Source: Caldilineaceae bacterium
Lineage (GTDB): Bacteria > Chloroflexota > Anaerolineae > Caldilineales > Caldilineaceae
DNA length: 64,000 nucleotides
Assembly: GCA_965220285.1 (NCBI GenBank)
Contig: OZ244818.1
Coordinates: 4,133,629-4,197,628, forward strand
Direction of reading: 5' to 3'
The translations under genes were made by a program, and so were the position numbers. Below the pieces are notes generated by a model. It worked only from the letters and a program-made list of their open reading frames with translations. It was not told where the DNA came from and searched no databases. Shown here in pieces: positions 29,067 through 38,801 of the stretch (position 1 is its first letter; every line of letters begins with the position of its first letter).

Positions 29067-29540
29067 TCAATGCTCGCCGTCTTTTGTCTCGTAGGGAACC
29101 TGCATTAGTTCCAAAATGTAGCCGTCGGGGTCCTCGAAGAAGACCACGTGGACAACGGCCCAACCGAGATCGAAACTGACAGGCTCGGATACGAACTTGA
29201 CCCCTTCCGCTTTCAGTTCCTGGTAGGCCTGTGCCATATCCGGAACGCCAAAACAAATATGGGAGTGGCCCACATCTCCCAGCTTTCCGTCCGAGACCTT
29301 TCCCTCCGGCTGCACATATTCTTGCAGGTCGAGCAGCATCCCCGGCGATTCCGGCGCCTGCAGACGCACAACCTCCATGATCACGTCGTCTTTGCCTGCC
29401 ATCTTCGAGATCGTCTCGCCTTCCAGCCGGTGAGTTTCGATCTGTTCCATCCCTAGCAGGTCACGGTAAAACGCCAGTGAGCGTTCCATGTCGCTCACTG
29501 TGACCGAAATATGATCCATCACATTTACTGAGCTGATCAC
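29067..29540 (-). CDS. VOC (glyoxalase/bleomycin-resistance/dioxygenase) family protein
   Basis: DHISVTVSDMERSLAFYRDLLGM and C-terminal FFEDPDGYILEL are typical VOC beta-alpha-beta-beta-beta modules. Confidence 0.8.
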   Translation of the reverse strand: MISSVNVMDHISVTVSDMERSLAFYRDLLGMEQIETHRLEGETISKMAGKDDVIMEVVRLQAPESPGMLLDLQEYVQPEGKVSDGKLGDVGHSHICFGVPDMAQAYQELKAEGVKFVSEPVSFDLGWAVVHVVFFEDPDGYILELMQVPYETKDGEH

Positions 29541-29558
29541 TGTGCGCTTCCTCCCTGT

Positions 29559-30335
29559 TCAGTGTGTATCCAGAGCATCCAACTCGCCCAACCGTCGAAG
29601 CCAGCGTTGGTGACGGGCGTCGTCGATGGAACGCCAGTATGGTCCGTACATAGGGCGGCCTGCCTGCGCGAAAGCCCTGTGATTACCCCGCATCTGTTCC
29701 CGGATGGCTTCCGTCGCCTCAGGCGTGTCCGGATCCTCATAGTAGACAACCACCCCCTGCCTCCGGTGACTGTCCCCGCCAAATGCCGCATGCCAGAGAG
29801 CAACATTAAACACCAGGACATCGCCCGGCTGCGATTCGAACGTAAAGGCAGGCACGTCGGCTTGGGAAATGTTGTAGGCGGTCTCAGGTTCGCGGCTGAT
29901 CTGGCTGTGAAAGGGATCGCGGTGGGAGCCGGGTATGACCCGCAAGGCGCCCGTGTCCGCGTCAAGTGGATCCGGATAGATACAGAACTTGACGGCCATG
30001 TAGTCCAGCGATCTTGTATCGGGGTGCCAGTGCGTGTCGCTGACATGGTAGTTCCCGTCCACCGCGATAGCCAGCACATCCTTACCCATCAACTGTTCGG
30101 CCACGTCGGCAAAACGAGAATCGTGTGCCAACCCGGCGATGAATGGAGACTTCTCCTCCATTAGCGAGGCGTAGTGGCGGCTCTTGCCGTCATGCTGGCC
30201 GCCCTCAATCCAGGAGTCCAGCCCCGCATTAAACTCACGGCTGTACCGCGCCATCTCCTCCGCAGACAGTAGCTGGCGAAAGATCAGAAATCCGAAATCG
30301 TGGAACAGGTTCATCTGCTGGTTCGACAGTTTCAT
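29559..30335 (-). CDS. Phytanoyl-CoA dioxygenase (PhyH)-family Fe(II)/2-oxoglutarate oxygenase
   Basis: HWHPD (HxD) and a distal WHAA histidine at PhyH-like spacing. The N-terminus NLFHDFGFLIFRQLLS is typical of the family. Confidence 0.75.
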   Translation of the reverse strand: MKLSNQQMNLFHDFGFLIFRQLLSAEEMARYSREFNAGLDSWIEGGQHDGKSRHYASLMEEKSPFIAGLAHDSRFADVAEQLMGKDVLAIAVDGNYHVSDTHWHPDTRSLDYMAVKFCIYPDPLDADTGALRVIPGSHRDPFHSQISREPETAYNISQADVPAFTFESQPGDVLVFNVALWHAAFGGDSHRRQGVVVYYEDPDTPEATEAIREQMRGNHRAFAQAGRPMYGPYWRSIDDARHQRWLRRLGELDALDTH

Positions 30336-30491
30336 GTTAGCTCTTTCGGTGGAAGATGGTCTTGTCCGCCCTGCAGAACAGGTGCATGGAGAAGGAGACG
30401 GTGTCGCGCCGGCCAGAAGCGTTTAGGGCACTTCGATAGATTAAGAATTGCCCTCTGGCGAAAACGGGGACTGATTGCCTAAGTACGCTGG

Positions 30492-30521
30492 AGTATAGCA
30501 TTCAGATTCGCGCCGCGTCAA
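30492..30521 (-). promoter_or_regulatory. Candidate promoter for the PhyH-VOC-SDR-SDR-dehydrogenase gene string
   Basis: Minus strand: TTGACG (30521-30516), 18-nt spacer, TATACT (30497-30492), about 155 nt upstream of ATG 30335. Confidence 0.45.
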
Positions 30522-30536
30522 CCAGTTTCTTTCCTC

Positions 30537-31005
30537 GGGTGCATCCCAAAATGGGGGGTGAACTTTCGTATATCTCTGGAGGCACCCTAGCCATGGTCAG
30601 TTCCCATTCCGGTTTCCGCCAGAATAAGCGCCGTCTCTGACCACTGACAACTAACTACTGACTACTGCATTTCTGGGCGGTCGGGCCTATTCGGCCCTCC
30701 CTTGTGCGGAGGCTCCGCCCCCGCAACGCCCCCGGCCTACAACATGCCTTGCCTACCTGGTGTCGGTATTCGTAACAGGTGCCTAATCGAAGGTGTCCAG
30801 CCAGACCGCGTCCCGCCAGCCCCATCAGATCGCCGCAGATGCCGGCCATGTGCCTGCCCTCGCACCCTCCCCGACTGACGGACTCCACCGTGCGGCTAGG
30901 CCTGGCGCCTGCACTGTGTCTCGCCCAAAGACGGTAAACAACGCCAGCCACCGCTGGCACTGATTCCCCGCCAGACTGTTCCCACCCCAAATCTGGGATG
31001 CACCC
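30537..31005. repeat. Imperfect ~25-bp terminal inverted repeats bounding a 469-bp non-coding segment
   Basis: GGGTGCATCCCA (30537-30548) is the exact reverse complement of TGGGATGCACCC (30994-31005). The similarity extends imperfectly to about 25 nt (roughly 18 of 25 positions). Confidence 0.35.
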
Positions 31006-31123
31006 CTTTCCTTATAATGCCAATTCGACGCTGCAGTAATCGAACCTCTGAGCACTCCTGGTTCCAGTTCTGCCCGCCCATTCGCCAAACTTTTCTGCCC
31101 CCCAAATGCTCGCAAGACTCGCC

Positions 31124-31573
31124 TCAATGTTCATATTCCTCCATCAATTCGACCAGATTGCCGTCAGGGTCGTAACAGAAGCAGACACTGACCGAACCTT
31201 CAGTGAGCTCGAAATTCACGGGCCCCGAAATGAACTCTACGCCGGACTTTCTCAGCGCGTCTACGGTTGCCGGCAGGTCCTCAACGGTCAGAGCGAAATG
31301 GCAGGACCCGACAGAGCCAAGTGGGGTGACGTGCTTGTCCCCGTGCGTTGTAAAGAATTCGAGCAGGTCTATGAGGATTCCGGGTGTATCGTCGGCGGCC
31401 AGGCGGGTTGACTGCGCGCGCGAACCCTGCAGTCCTCCGGCCATGTCGGACTTTTCTCCTTCCAACTGGTGCTGCTCGACCTGCTTCAGGCCCAGCTTGC
31501 CGACATAGAACTCCAAGGCCCGTTGCGTGTCACTGACCGTAATAGCAATATGATCGAGTGCCTTGACTTTCAT
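31124..31573 (-). CDS. VOC (glyoxalase) family protein
   Basis: LDHIAITVSDTQRALEFYVGKLGL and YDPDGNLVEL. ATG 31573 is preceded by AAGGAGAA. Confidence 0.8.
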   Translation of the reverse strand: MKVKALDHIAITVSDTQRALEFYVGKLGLKQVEQHQLEGEKSDMAGGLQGSRAQSTRLAADDTPGILIDLLEFFTTHGDKHVTPLGSVGSCHFALTVEDLPATVDALRKSGVEFISGPVNFELTEGSVSVCFCYDPDGNLVELMEEYEH

Positions 31574-31664
31574 CGCTGTATTCTCCTTGCCAATATGGGG
31601 AACTGAGAATCGAGCTGCTGGGAACACGGCGGGAAGCGCGAATCCGGGACAAAGCGAGGCAACC

Positions 31665-32483
31665 TCAGGCCCATTCCCCTCCGGTGCGGCGCAGATACTT
31701 GGCCGCGCCCTCCCTGAGCTGCCGGTCTGAAGGCTGGATCGCGGTGGCGCCGCCGTCTACCATGAGTACGGCCGCGGTTATATATGAAGCCTCGTCGCTG
31801 GCCAGGAACAGGATCGCGTTGGCCACCTCTTCGGGTTCGGCGAATCGGGAGAACATGGTCATGGCTGCGTAGGACGCCACGTTCTCCGCGGGCGTGCGCG
31901 CCATCATCGGCGTGTTCATGCCCGTAGGGCAGACTACGTTGGCGCGAATGCCGCCTTCTCCACAGTCCTGTGCAAGGCAACGGGCCAGCCCGATGAGCCC
32001 GTGCTTAGATGTGTTGTAGTCAGCCTGCATTTCGTTCGCCACCACACCGGACATCGAAGACACAAATACGACACTGCCGCCGCCTTGGCGCAACATCGGG
32101 GGTATCACGAACTTCGAGCACAGAAACGGCCCTTTGAGGTTCACGCGCATCACGCGGTCCCAATCTGCCTCGTCGATCTCGGCGATATGTTTGCCGCTCC
32201 CGAATGTAGCGGCGTTGTTCACCAGGACGTCGATGCGGCCAAACTCGGCCAATGTGTCCGTCACCATCCTTTCGGCATCTTGGGCGAGGCTCACGTCGAC
32301 AATGACTGCTATCGCCTCACCGTCAGAGGAGGTGATCGTAGTGACCGTGTCGTGGGCGGTCTCCCGGTTCATATCGGCGACGACGACCTTGGCGCCTTCT
32401 CTCGCGAACCGCAACGCTGTCGACCGCCCGAGTCCCTGACCGGCCCCCGTGACAATCGCGACTTTTCCTTGCAGTCGACCCAT
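31665..32483 (-). CDS. Short-chain dehydrogenase/reductase (SDR)
   Basis: TGAGQGLG cofactor motif and the YNTSK catalytic pair. Confidence 0.88.
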   Translation of the reverse strand: MGRLQGKVAIVTGAGQGLGRSTALRFAREGAKVVVADMNRETAHDTVTTITSSDGEAIAVIVDVSLAQDAERMVTDTLAEFGRIDVLVNNAATFGSGKHIAEIDEADWDRVMRVNLKGPFLCSKFVIPPMLRQGGGSVVFVSSMSGVVANEMQADYNTSKHGLIGLARCLAQDCGEGGIRANVVCPTGMNTPMMARTPAENVASYAAMTMFSRFAEPEEVANAILFLASDEASYITAAVLMVDGGATAIQPSDRQLREGAAKYLRRTGGEWA

Positions 32484-32525
32484 CTGGCTGTACCTCCAGG
32501 CTTGGAATCGCTCGCCCGGAAACTG

Positions 32526-33323
32526 TCAGCTGCCGTTCCTGGCTGGCAACTGGAGCGAGTCGCCGACAAGCAGAATGCGCATGTCGAACTCCGGCTGCTG
32601 CTGGTAATAGAGCTCAAAAAGTCTGCCGATGTCGCCGGTGTGGTTGCGCCAGAATTCCCAGTGAAAGGGCAGCAACGTCGTGGGTCCGAGTTTCTGCGCC
32701 ACGGATAGAAACTCCTCAATCTCCATGTACCACGTACGGCCAAAGGCTAACAGTGCCAAGTCCAGGTCATGCTCCGCACCGATCTCTGCCATGGCCGGAC
32801 CGTCCCAGGTGTCGCCGGAGACAAAGAGCTTCGTCCCGCCCGACGACAGGACGAATGTCACCGCGTGCGGCTCATTCGGGTCGTAGGATGGATAGACCTG
32901 CAATTCTACGTCTCGGACCTGAAACGAGTCGCCCGGCGCCACCTCGCGTATACGGTCGTCGGCAATGCCAAACTCCCGCATCAGTTTCGCCGAGGAGCGC
33001 GGCGCAACACAGACCGCATCGGTGTTTTCCACGATGGGCAAGAGGGTGCCGTCGTGGCAGTGATCGACGTGGTCATGGGTGGAGATAATAATGTCGGCTA
33101 CGCTTACTTCGTCTGGCTTGACGGGGATGGCTGTCGATCGGTAGGCGCCTGGCACGGCATCATCGGGCGTTCCGTAGGAGTAGGGATCGATCCAGATCAT
33201 CGTCTCCGGTGTGCGGTAAACGAAACTCGGCCCGCCTAACGCCCAGAACAGGATTCCATCGGCGACAGTTCGCCCCTCCACTTCATCCAGAAATGTTTTT
33301 GGCCAGTAGGCAACATCTCGCAT
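32526..33323 (-). CDS. Metallo-beta-lactamase-fold hydrolase
   Basis: STHDHVDHCH (HxHxDH) motif; 265 aa. Confidence 0.8.
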   Translation of the reverse strand: MRDVAYWPKTFLDEVEGRTVADGILFWALGGPSFVYRTPETMIWIDPYSYGTPDDAVPGAYRSTAIPVKPDEVSVADIIISTHDHVDHCHDGTLLPIVENTDAVCVAPRSSAKLMREFGIADDRIREVAPGDSFQVRDVELQVYPSYDPNEPHAVTFVLSSGGTKLFVSGDTWDGPAMAEIGAEHDLDLALLAFGRTWYMEIEEFLSVAQKLGPTTLLPFHWEFWRNHTGDIGRLFELYYQQQPEFDMRILLVGDSLQLPARNGS

Positions 33324-33422
33324 GATTCTTCCTTTTCCTGAGTTTACCTCGCGGCAAATGCCAACGCCCGACTACGAGGATTCATTAAGGGTTCCGAGCC
33401 ATCCCGATCTCACAGGAACCGT

Positions 33423-33932
33423 TCAGGCCGTACTCCAGTTAAAGTCGTGTGGCACCTGTTCACCGGTGCCAATTTCGTTCAGTTCAAGCAGATTACCGTC
33501 CGGATCATAGAAGAAAAGTACGTGCCAATCGCCCTCGCCTTCGAAACGTACCGGCGGCGAAACTAACTCCACGCCTGCCGCCTTCAAGCGTTCGTAAGTG
33601 GCCGGCACATCCTCGACACCGAAACAGAAATGCGCGCTGGGCACGTGGTGAAGCGGCTGCCGCCCCGTCGGACTCTCCGGATTTATCCACTGGATGAGGT
33701 CGAAGGTGAAACCCTGTTCCGAGGTGCGCGTATGGCCGTTTACGCCACCAGGAGGGCGCAGTCGGTACTCACGCATGTGTACGTTCGACATCGCAGTCAT
33801 CTCATCAATAGGACCCCCATCGTGCTCTTCGGGGGAGACGACCTCCATACCCAGAATATCCCTGTAGAACTCCAACGATCTTTCCAAATCGCTGACCATA
33901 ATTGCTACGTGATCAATCGTAATTCGGCTCAT
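33423..33932 (-). CDS. VOC (glyoxalase) family protein
   Basis: IDHVAIMVSDLERSLEFYRDILGM and FYDPDGNLLEL. ATG 33932 is preceded by GGAGGTG. Confidence 0.8.
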   Translation of the reverse strand: MSRITIDHVAIMVSDLERSLEFYRDILGMEVVSPEEHDGGPIDEMTAMSNVHMREYRLRPPGGVNGHTRTSEQGFTFDLIQWINPESPTGRQPLHHVPSAHFCFGVEDVPATYERLKAAGVELVSPPVRFEGEGDWHVLFFYDPDGNLLELNEIGTGEQVPHDFNWSTA

Positions 33933-34695
33933 TCCTGGCCACCTCCGAGAAAAATGCACCTTCTGAGACTGCGCCGTCAGTATGGCCTCAGAAGCTTACA
34001 AATCAAAGTTCAGAGAAAGGGGAGGCATTCTGCCGCCTTGGGTGAACGAACAATGTCTCCAATAGAAGCTCTCGCAATTCGGACTGAACGCTTTTGAACT
34101 TCTCTACCCTGGTATTGGCGTCCTCTTCGCACGATCAACCGCCCGATAGCAGACGGATATCTCGACAACTGTTACTTGCGAATCCGGGTACAGTTCGAGA
34201 AATCCGCTGAATATGTCAGGACGGGCCAAAATTCAGAGGGTTGCGTCCTTCAACACCGTTGAGAACGATTTCCTTCAATCTGAAGGGGAATACGTACCCG
34301 AAAGTGCGAGGCGAATGAAACGCTTGAAAGGCCGGCCCTGTAAGGTCAAGGGCCACAACTGATGGATTGCTTCAGTGTGTTTGGGGGTATGGCCGGTGGA
34401 TCCAAGCATACCGACCAGGACGAGCCCATCCTAACACAACTGAATCTGCAAGAAAAACTGAAATTAGTGACTATTCCCCCGGTAACTATGGGTGATTCCA
34501 CCACATAGCCTGACGTCGAAACTTGTGCCGGGCCACGTTCCCAGTTCAGTCAATCCAAGGACCTTCTTCATTCCTCAACCCTCGAGCCTGGATTCCCTGG
34601 CCCTCGGGTCTTCCCTGTGAAGGGGTTGACCACGAAGAGAACATTCAGTGGATCCAGGAAAGTACGCTGGTAAGAATACCGAAATATGCATAGAA

Positions 34696-36399
34696 TCAGG
34701 GGCTTCTTTCCAGCCACTGTTCGGCTCTGTCGAGAACCAGTTGCGCAAGGGCGCTGTCGGTCCTAACGTGCTTGTCGGTGAGCACCAATGTAGGGATCAC
34801 ATCGAGTCTCTCGAAAAAATCCTGCCAGGCGCGAAACTTCCTTTCGGACCACCAGATCCGGGGGTGGGGGAATGTCCAGACGCCGCGTCTGGGTTCGGGC
34901 CCGATCGAGCCGGAGGAGCCGTAACTGAGCATGTAAATGCCGAGAAGACGGCGATACATTTCGGCGTTGACCAACTCGTCTAATTTACCTCCGTCGTGTC
35001 CTAATGCCATGTCGATCCACAGGATTTCACCCTGTCCTGATGAGAGCGCGTACATTCCGGCCACCCATTCGGATGTTCCCTCACCGGTGAAGAGTACGTC
35101 CGGATATGCAGCCTGCAACTCTTCAAACAGGAGGCCCACGCCGCGCATGTGATCGTGGTGGAGATCATTGATGGGGAAAGCCGACTGGTCCAGGTGGAAA
35201 GCGTCTATCGCATAGTCATAAACCAGGCGCCCAATACAATCGACCATTAGTTGTCTGAATTCCGGGGCATCGGGCGAGATATAGGCAAATGTCGGCTCGA
35301 TATTTTCATCCTTATCGTAGTCGACCTCCCAGAAGACCGGCCGACCGAAAAGATCATGGATCTGGTGCTGCGCAAACTGAGGATAGAGAGGGTGGTCCAG
35401 CGCCATTCCCCAAACGTTCATGTGTACCAGCACCTTGAATCCGAGGGCGTGGGCCGACTCCATGAACAGGGCGAATCCCTCCGGTCCCCCTAGTTCTTCG
35501 CCAGGCAGATTGTCGGGCACGCGGTAGTCGACGCGGCCTTCATGGCCCAACACTTTTATCAGGGTGCGCTCCGGCGGGAAGATCTGCGCGAGTTCATGCA
35601 GCCGCGCCTCCATCTCCGCGAAGTTATGGCACATCTTGCCGTCTGAAGTTACGCCATGCAGGATGGCCATGAAAGCAACCCGGCGCAGCCATTCGGGCAC
35701 ATCGCGCCTGCTTTCAAGCGGCTCCAGTCCATAGGCTTCCTCCATCCACTCGATGTAGGGATCGACGGCCTCCTCCCATGTCGAGACGCGCTCGATGTGC
35801 CAGGTCGGAGAGCTGTGCTCGGTGCTTAGCTCGAAGGCGTTTTCCTCTGACATGAGATGGACTTCAAGGCATTCTTCGGCGCGGTATGCCCAGAATCGCT
35901 TGAAGCGAGGGGGATGTTCATTGGAGCGTATACAGACGGTTTCCTCCTCGCCTTCGATCAGAATGAACTGTGCGGCCATGCCGGGTATGGGGCCAACCGG
36001 AAAGACGATGCCGGTTTCTCCACCGCGTCCCCGCACCGGGTAGGCGCCGTGCGGGTATACGAAGCACTGCCCAGCAGATTCGCTAATCTCCCACCGCAAG
36101 CCCGGAGGTGTGACGACCTTTCCGTAAGGGAGTGACTCGACAAACACCTTGATTCCCTTGATATGTTCCGAATGTTCAGCCCGGGCCTGCCAGCTGACCG
36201 TTTTCGCACTGCTCGAGAATGAGACCTCAAACAGCGCGGCGACTCGTCCGCTGTCATCTCCGTAACTCACTTCTTGCGTACGGTAGACGAGGCGCTCACC
36301 TTCCTGTACGGGCGCCGAAAACTCGGCGGTGTAGGCGTTGCTGGTCGTCAAGACCTGGAACAGAAAAGTATAGCCTTCAATGCTGATGCGGCTGGCCAC
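34696..36399 (-). CDS. Uncharacterised 567-aa cytoplasmic protein; possibly glycoside-hydrolase-like, from context only
   Basis: Long ORF with non-repetitive composition, immediately downstream of the sugar ABC genes. GTG 36399 with AAGGAGA 6 nt upstream is preferred, because the ORF-track ATG 36459 sits in the loop of a perfect hairpin. No catalytic motif recognised. Confidence 0.6.
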   Translation of the reverse strand: MASRISIEGYTFLFQVLTTSNAYTAEFSAPVQEGERLVYRTQEVSYGDDSGRVAALFEVSFSSSAKTVSWQARAEHSEHIKGIKVFVESLPYGKVVTPPGLRWEISESAGQCFVYPHGAYPVRGRGGETGIVFPVGPIPGMAAQFILIEGEEETVCIRSNEHPPRFKRFWAYRAEECLEVHLMSEENAFELSTEHSSPTWHIERVSTWEEAVDPYIEWMEEAYGLEPLESRRDVPEWLRRVAFMAILHGVTSDGKMCHNFAEMEARLHELAQIFPPERTLIKVLGHEGRVDYRVPDNLPGEELGGPEGFALFMESAHALGFKVLVHMNVWGMALDHPLYPQFAQHQIHDLFGRPVFWEVDYDKDENIEPTFAYISPDAPEFRQLMVDCIGRLVYDYAIDAFHLDQSAFPINDLHHDHMRGVGLLFEELQAAYPDVLFTGEGTSEWVAGMYALSSGQGEILWIDMALGHDGGKLDELVNAEMYRRLLGIYMLSYGSSGSIGPEPRRGVWTFPHPRIWWSERKFRAWQDFFERLDVIPTLVLTDKHVRTDSALAQLVLDRAEQWLERSP

Positions 36400-36429
36400 G
36401 AAGGTTCTCCTTTCGAGCGGGGGATTGGG

Positions 36430-36471
36430 CAAAACAGAATAAGTGAAGGTGCGGCACATTGCCGCACCTTC
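36430..36471 (-). terminator. Intra-operon hairpin / partial terminator after the solute-binding-protein gene
   Basis: Perfect 11-bp stem GAAGGTGCGGC / GCCGCACCTTC (36445-36455 and 36461-36471) with a 5-nt loop. On the minus strand it is followed by ACTTATTCTGTTTTG. Confidence 0.55.
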
Positions 36472-36507
36472 AAACTACTATCAAAGCAACTTCTGTACGC
36501 CGGGCGC

Positions 36508-37848
36508 CTAGCTGGCCGCGTAGGATTTGTCCAGGCAGGCCTGGGCCTCGGCCGCCGCCTCCTGAACCAGTGCATCCAGGGGTCGTTCTTCGTTTTCGAT
36601 GTAACGGGTCCAGATTCCGGCAAACTGCGGATGGACGCAGTCCCAGTGAAATTCAGTGCGCAGGTAGTTGGGCACCTTGGTAGGCAGCTGGGCCTGCTGC
36701 CAGAATTTGCTCAGAACAGGATCCTGGTCCCAACCCAGATTCAGCCAGGTCTGCGGAGTCGGCGGCGTCCAGGCCCCCACTTCGGCCGCAATCTGGCTGC
36801 CTTCCACGCCGCTGATGTATTTCATCAACTCCCAACTGGCCTCTTTTTCCTGTGAACCGGTCCACATGTAGTACTGTACCGAGTCCCCCCACGCGAATGA
36901 CTCGCCGCCTTCGCGAATGGGAACGGAGACCATATCCCATTCAAATGGGACCTCTTTCAGGTCTACAAGATTCCAACCTGAGGCCTGGAACATGCCTACC
37001 TTGCCCGATCCGAAGGCAAATGGGCCAAGTGCTTCTGACTGGGCGCCCGACGGCGCAACGCCATGCTCGACCTCCAAATCGAGAACCCACTGAATGGCCT
37101 CGATCGAAGTTGGTGTGTCCAGCAGGCCTTGCACCTGCCGCCCGTTTTCGCTAACAATTTCAAATCCCATATTCCAGCAGAAGGCCTGGTCCCAAAGAAG
37201 TGTGCCTGGACCGGAAATGAGTGTGCCCCAGGTCCCCAACTCTTCATCGGTGAGGGCGATACAAGCAGCCAGATAATCGTCAATCGTCCAGCCCTCTACT
37301 GGCAGTGGCACGCCCATCTCCTCGAAGAGGCTGGCATTGTAGCCAACCATCCCCCAGACGCCGTCACGCGGCGTGCTGTACATCCGTCCCTCATAGGTCG
37401 CCCGCTCGAGGCAGATCGGGAACCACATCTCCTCCGCCTGGATTGCGTCGGCTTCGAGCATCGGCGTAATGTCTTCCGTAAATCCGCGGCGGGCAAAGTC
37501 GGTGGCGTAATAGAAGACCCAAACGTCCGGCCCCGTGTCGCCTGCGATCATGGCCAAAATCTTTTCGGCGAAGCCTCCTTCCGGAACATCCTGTACTTCG
37601 ACCTGGATGTCAGGATTTTGATCCGTGAACGCGGCCGCCATATCGATATAGGCCGGCTGCCAGTCGAGAACGTCCGGGTTCCACCAGGAGATGGTCGTAG
37701 CGGCAGCATCCGGAGCTTCATCGTCTCCCGTTGCGCCTGGTGCAACCGCTGCACAGGCTGCCAGCAGGCTGCCGGCACCTGCCAGCGCTCCCAATCGCAG
37801 GAAATCCCGTCGACTCTGTTGTGCGTGAACTTTCATTCTTTCCTCCAT
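36508..37848 (-). CDS. Carbohydrate ABC transporter substrate-binding lipoprotein
   Basis: RRDFLRLGALAGAGSLLAAC (twin-arginine-like signal with lipobox Cys), followed by a family-1 solute-binding-protein body. Confidence 0.88.
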   Translation of the reverse strand: MEERMKVHAQQSRRDFLRLGALAGAGSLLAACAAVAPGATGDDEAPDAAATTISWWNPDVLDWQPAYIDMAAAFTDQNPDIQVEVQDVPEGGFAEKILAMIAGDTGPDVWVFYYATDFARRGFTEDITPMLEADAIQAEEMWFPICLERATYEGRMYSTPRDGVWGMVGYNASLFEEMGVPLPVEGWTIDDYLAACIALTDEELGTWGTLISGPGTLLWDQAFCWNMGFEIVSENGRQVQGLLDTPTSIEAIQWVLDLEVEHGVAPSGAQSEALGPFAFGSGKVGMFQASGWNLVDLKEVPFEWDMVSVPIREGGESFAWGDSVQYYMWTGSQEKEASWELMKYISGVEGSQIAAEVGAWTPPTPQTWLNLGWDQDPVLSKFWQQAQLPTKVPNYLRTEFHWDCVHPQFAGIWTRYIENEERPLDALVQEAAAEAQACLDKSYAAS

Positions 37849-37888
37849 TCTTAGGATTGTGAGTAATACCGCAACACTTTTGGAAGAG

Positions 37889-38779
37889 TCAGCCCTTCAA
37901 ACCAACCGAGGCGATGCCGCCGATCAGCTTGTTCTGAGCAAGAAAATAGACGATGAGAGTGGGTAGGACCGCCAGCAGCGAAGCCGCCATCAGCACGTTA
38001 TAATCTGTGCGATTTCGCCCCCGCAGCAGGTTCAAACCCAGAGCGATTGTATACTTTGTGTTTTCGTTCAGATAGATCAGCGGCCCTAGGAAGTCGTTCC
38101 ATACACCAATGAAGGTGAAAACGACGACGATTACCAGGGGTGGAATACACAGAGGCAGGAGAATGAAAAAAAGGACCTGAAACGTATTGCAGCCATCCAT
38201 GCGCGCGGCGTCGTCCAGATCGAACGGCAGCGACATGAGATACTGGCGCATTAGGAAGATGAAGAAGGCACTGCCGGTGAAAGCCGGCACTGTGAGTGGC
38301 AGGAATGTATTGATCCAACCAAAGAGCTTGAACAGAATAAAGGTGGGAATCAGGGTCACCTGGTAGGGGATCATGAGAGTCGCAATCAATAGGATGAATA
38401 GCACATCACGTCCCGGGAAGCGGAGGCGCGCGAAGCCAAAGGCAACCAGACTGGTCGAGAACACTTGCCCCAATACATTCCAAAACACAATGATCATTGT
38501 GTTTTGGAAAAAGAGCAGCACGGGAGCTACTTCAAAAATGCGGGGAAAGTGTTCCCAGACAACAGGGTTCGGGATCCATTCAGGGGGAAACAGCCACGTC
38601 TGGGCCCGGCTCTTTAGAGAAGTCGAGAGCATCCAAAACATCGGGATCAGGAAGATAAGTGACAACAGTATCATGGAGAAATGGGCTGAGAAGCTGACAA
38701 CCCGGCCTCGCACGCGGCGATTCCAGCGCAACTGACTGAGCCAGCCGCCTCCTTGCGTCACGGGCGAATCTACATTCAT
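37889..38779 (-). CDS. Carbohydrate ABC transporter permease (MalG/UgpE-like)
   Basis: About 6 TM segments and the EAA-type loop DLDDAARMDGCNTFQVLFFILLP. Confidence 0.88.
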   Translation of the reverse strand: MNVDSPVTQGGGWLSQLRWNRRVRGRVVSFSAHFSMILLSLIFLIPMFWMLSTSLKSRAQTWLFPPEWIPNPVVWEHFPRIFEVAPVLLFFQNTMIIVFWNVLGQVFSTSLVAFGFARLRFPGRDVLFILLIATLMIPYQVTLIPTFILFKLFGWINTFLPLTVPAFTGSAFFIFLMRQYLMSLPFDLDDAARMDGCNTFQVLFFILLPLCIPPLVIVVVFTFIGVWNDFLGPLIYLNENTKYTIALGLNLLRGRNRTDYNVLMAASLLAVLPTLIVYFLAQNKLIGGIASVGLKG

Positions 38780-38801
38780 AGGTCGTCTATTACCCCTGGC
38801 T

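Noticed and set aside
30655-31127. Two overlapping minus-strand ORFs (111 and 100 aa) in the 0.8 kb gap between the PhyH and VOC genes.
   Set aside because: The translations are Gly/Arg/Ala-rich and contain no motifs. They overlap each other in different frames, and neither has a convincing start context. I treated the region as non-coding (see the inverted-repeat finding).
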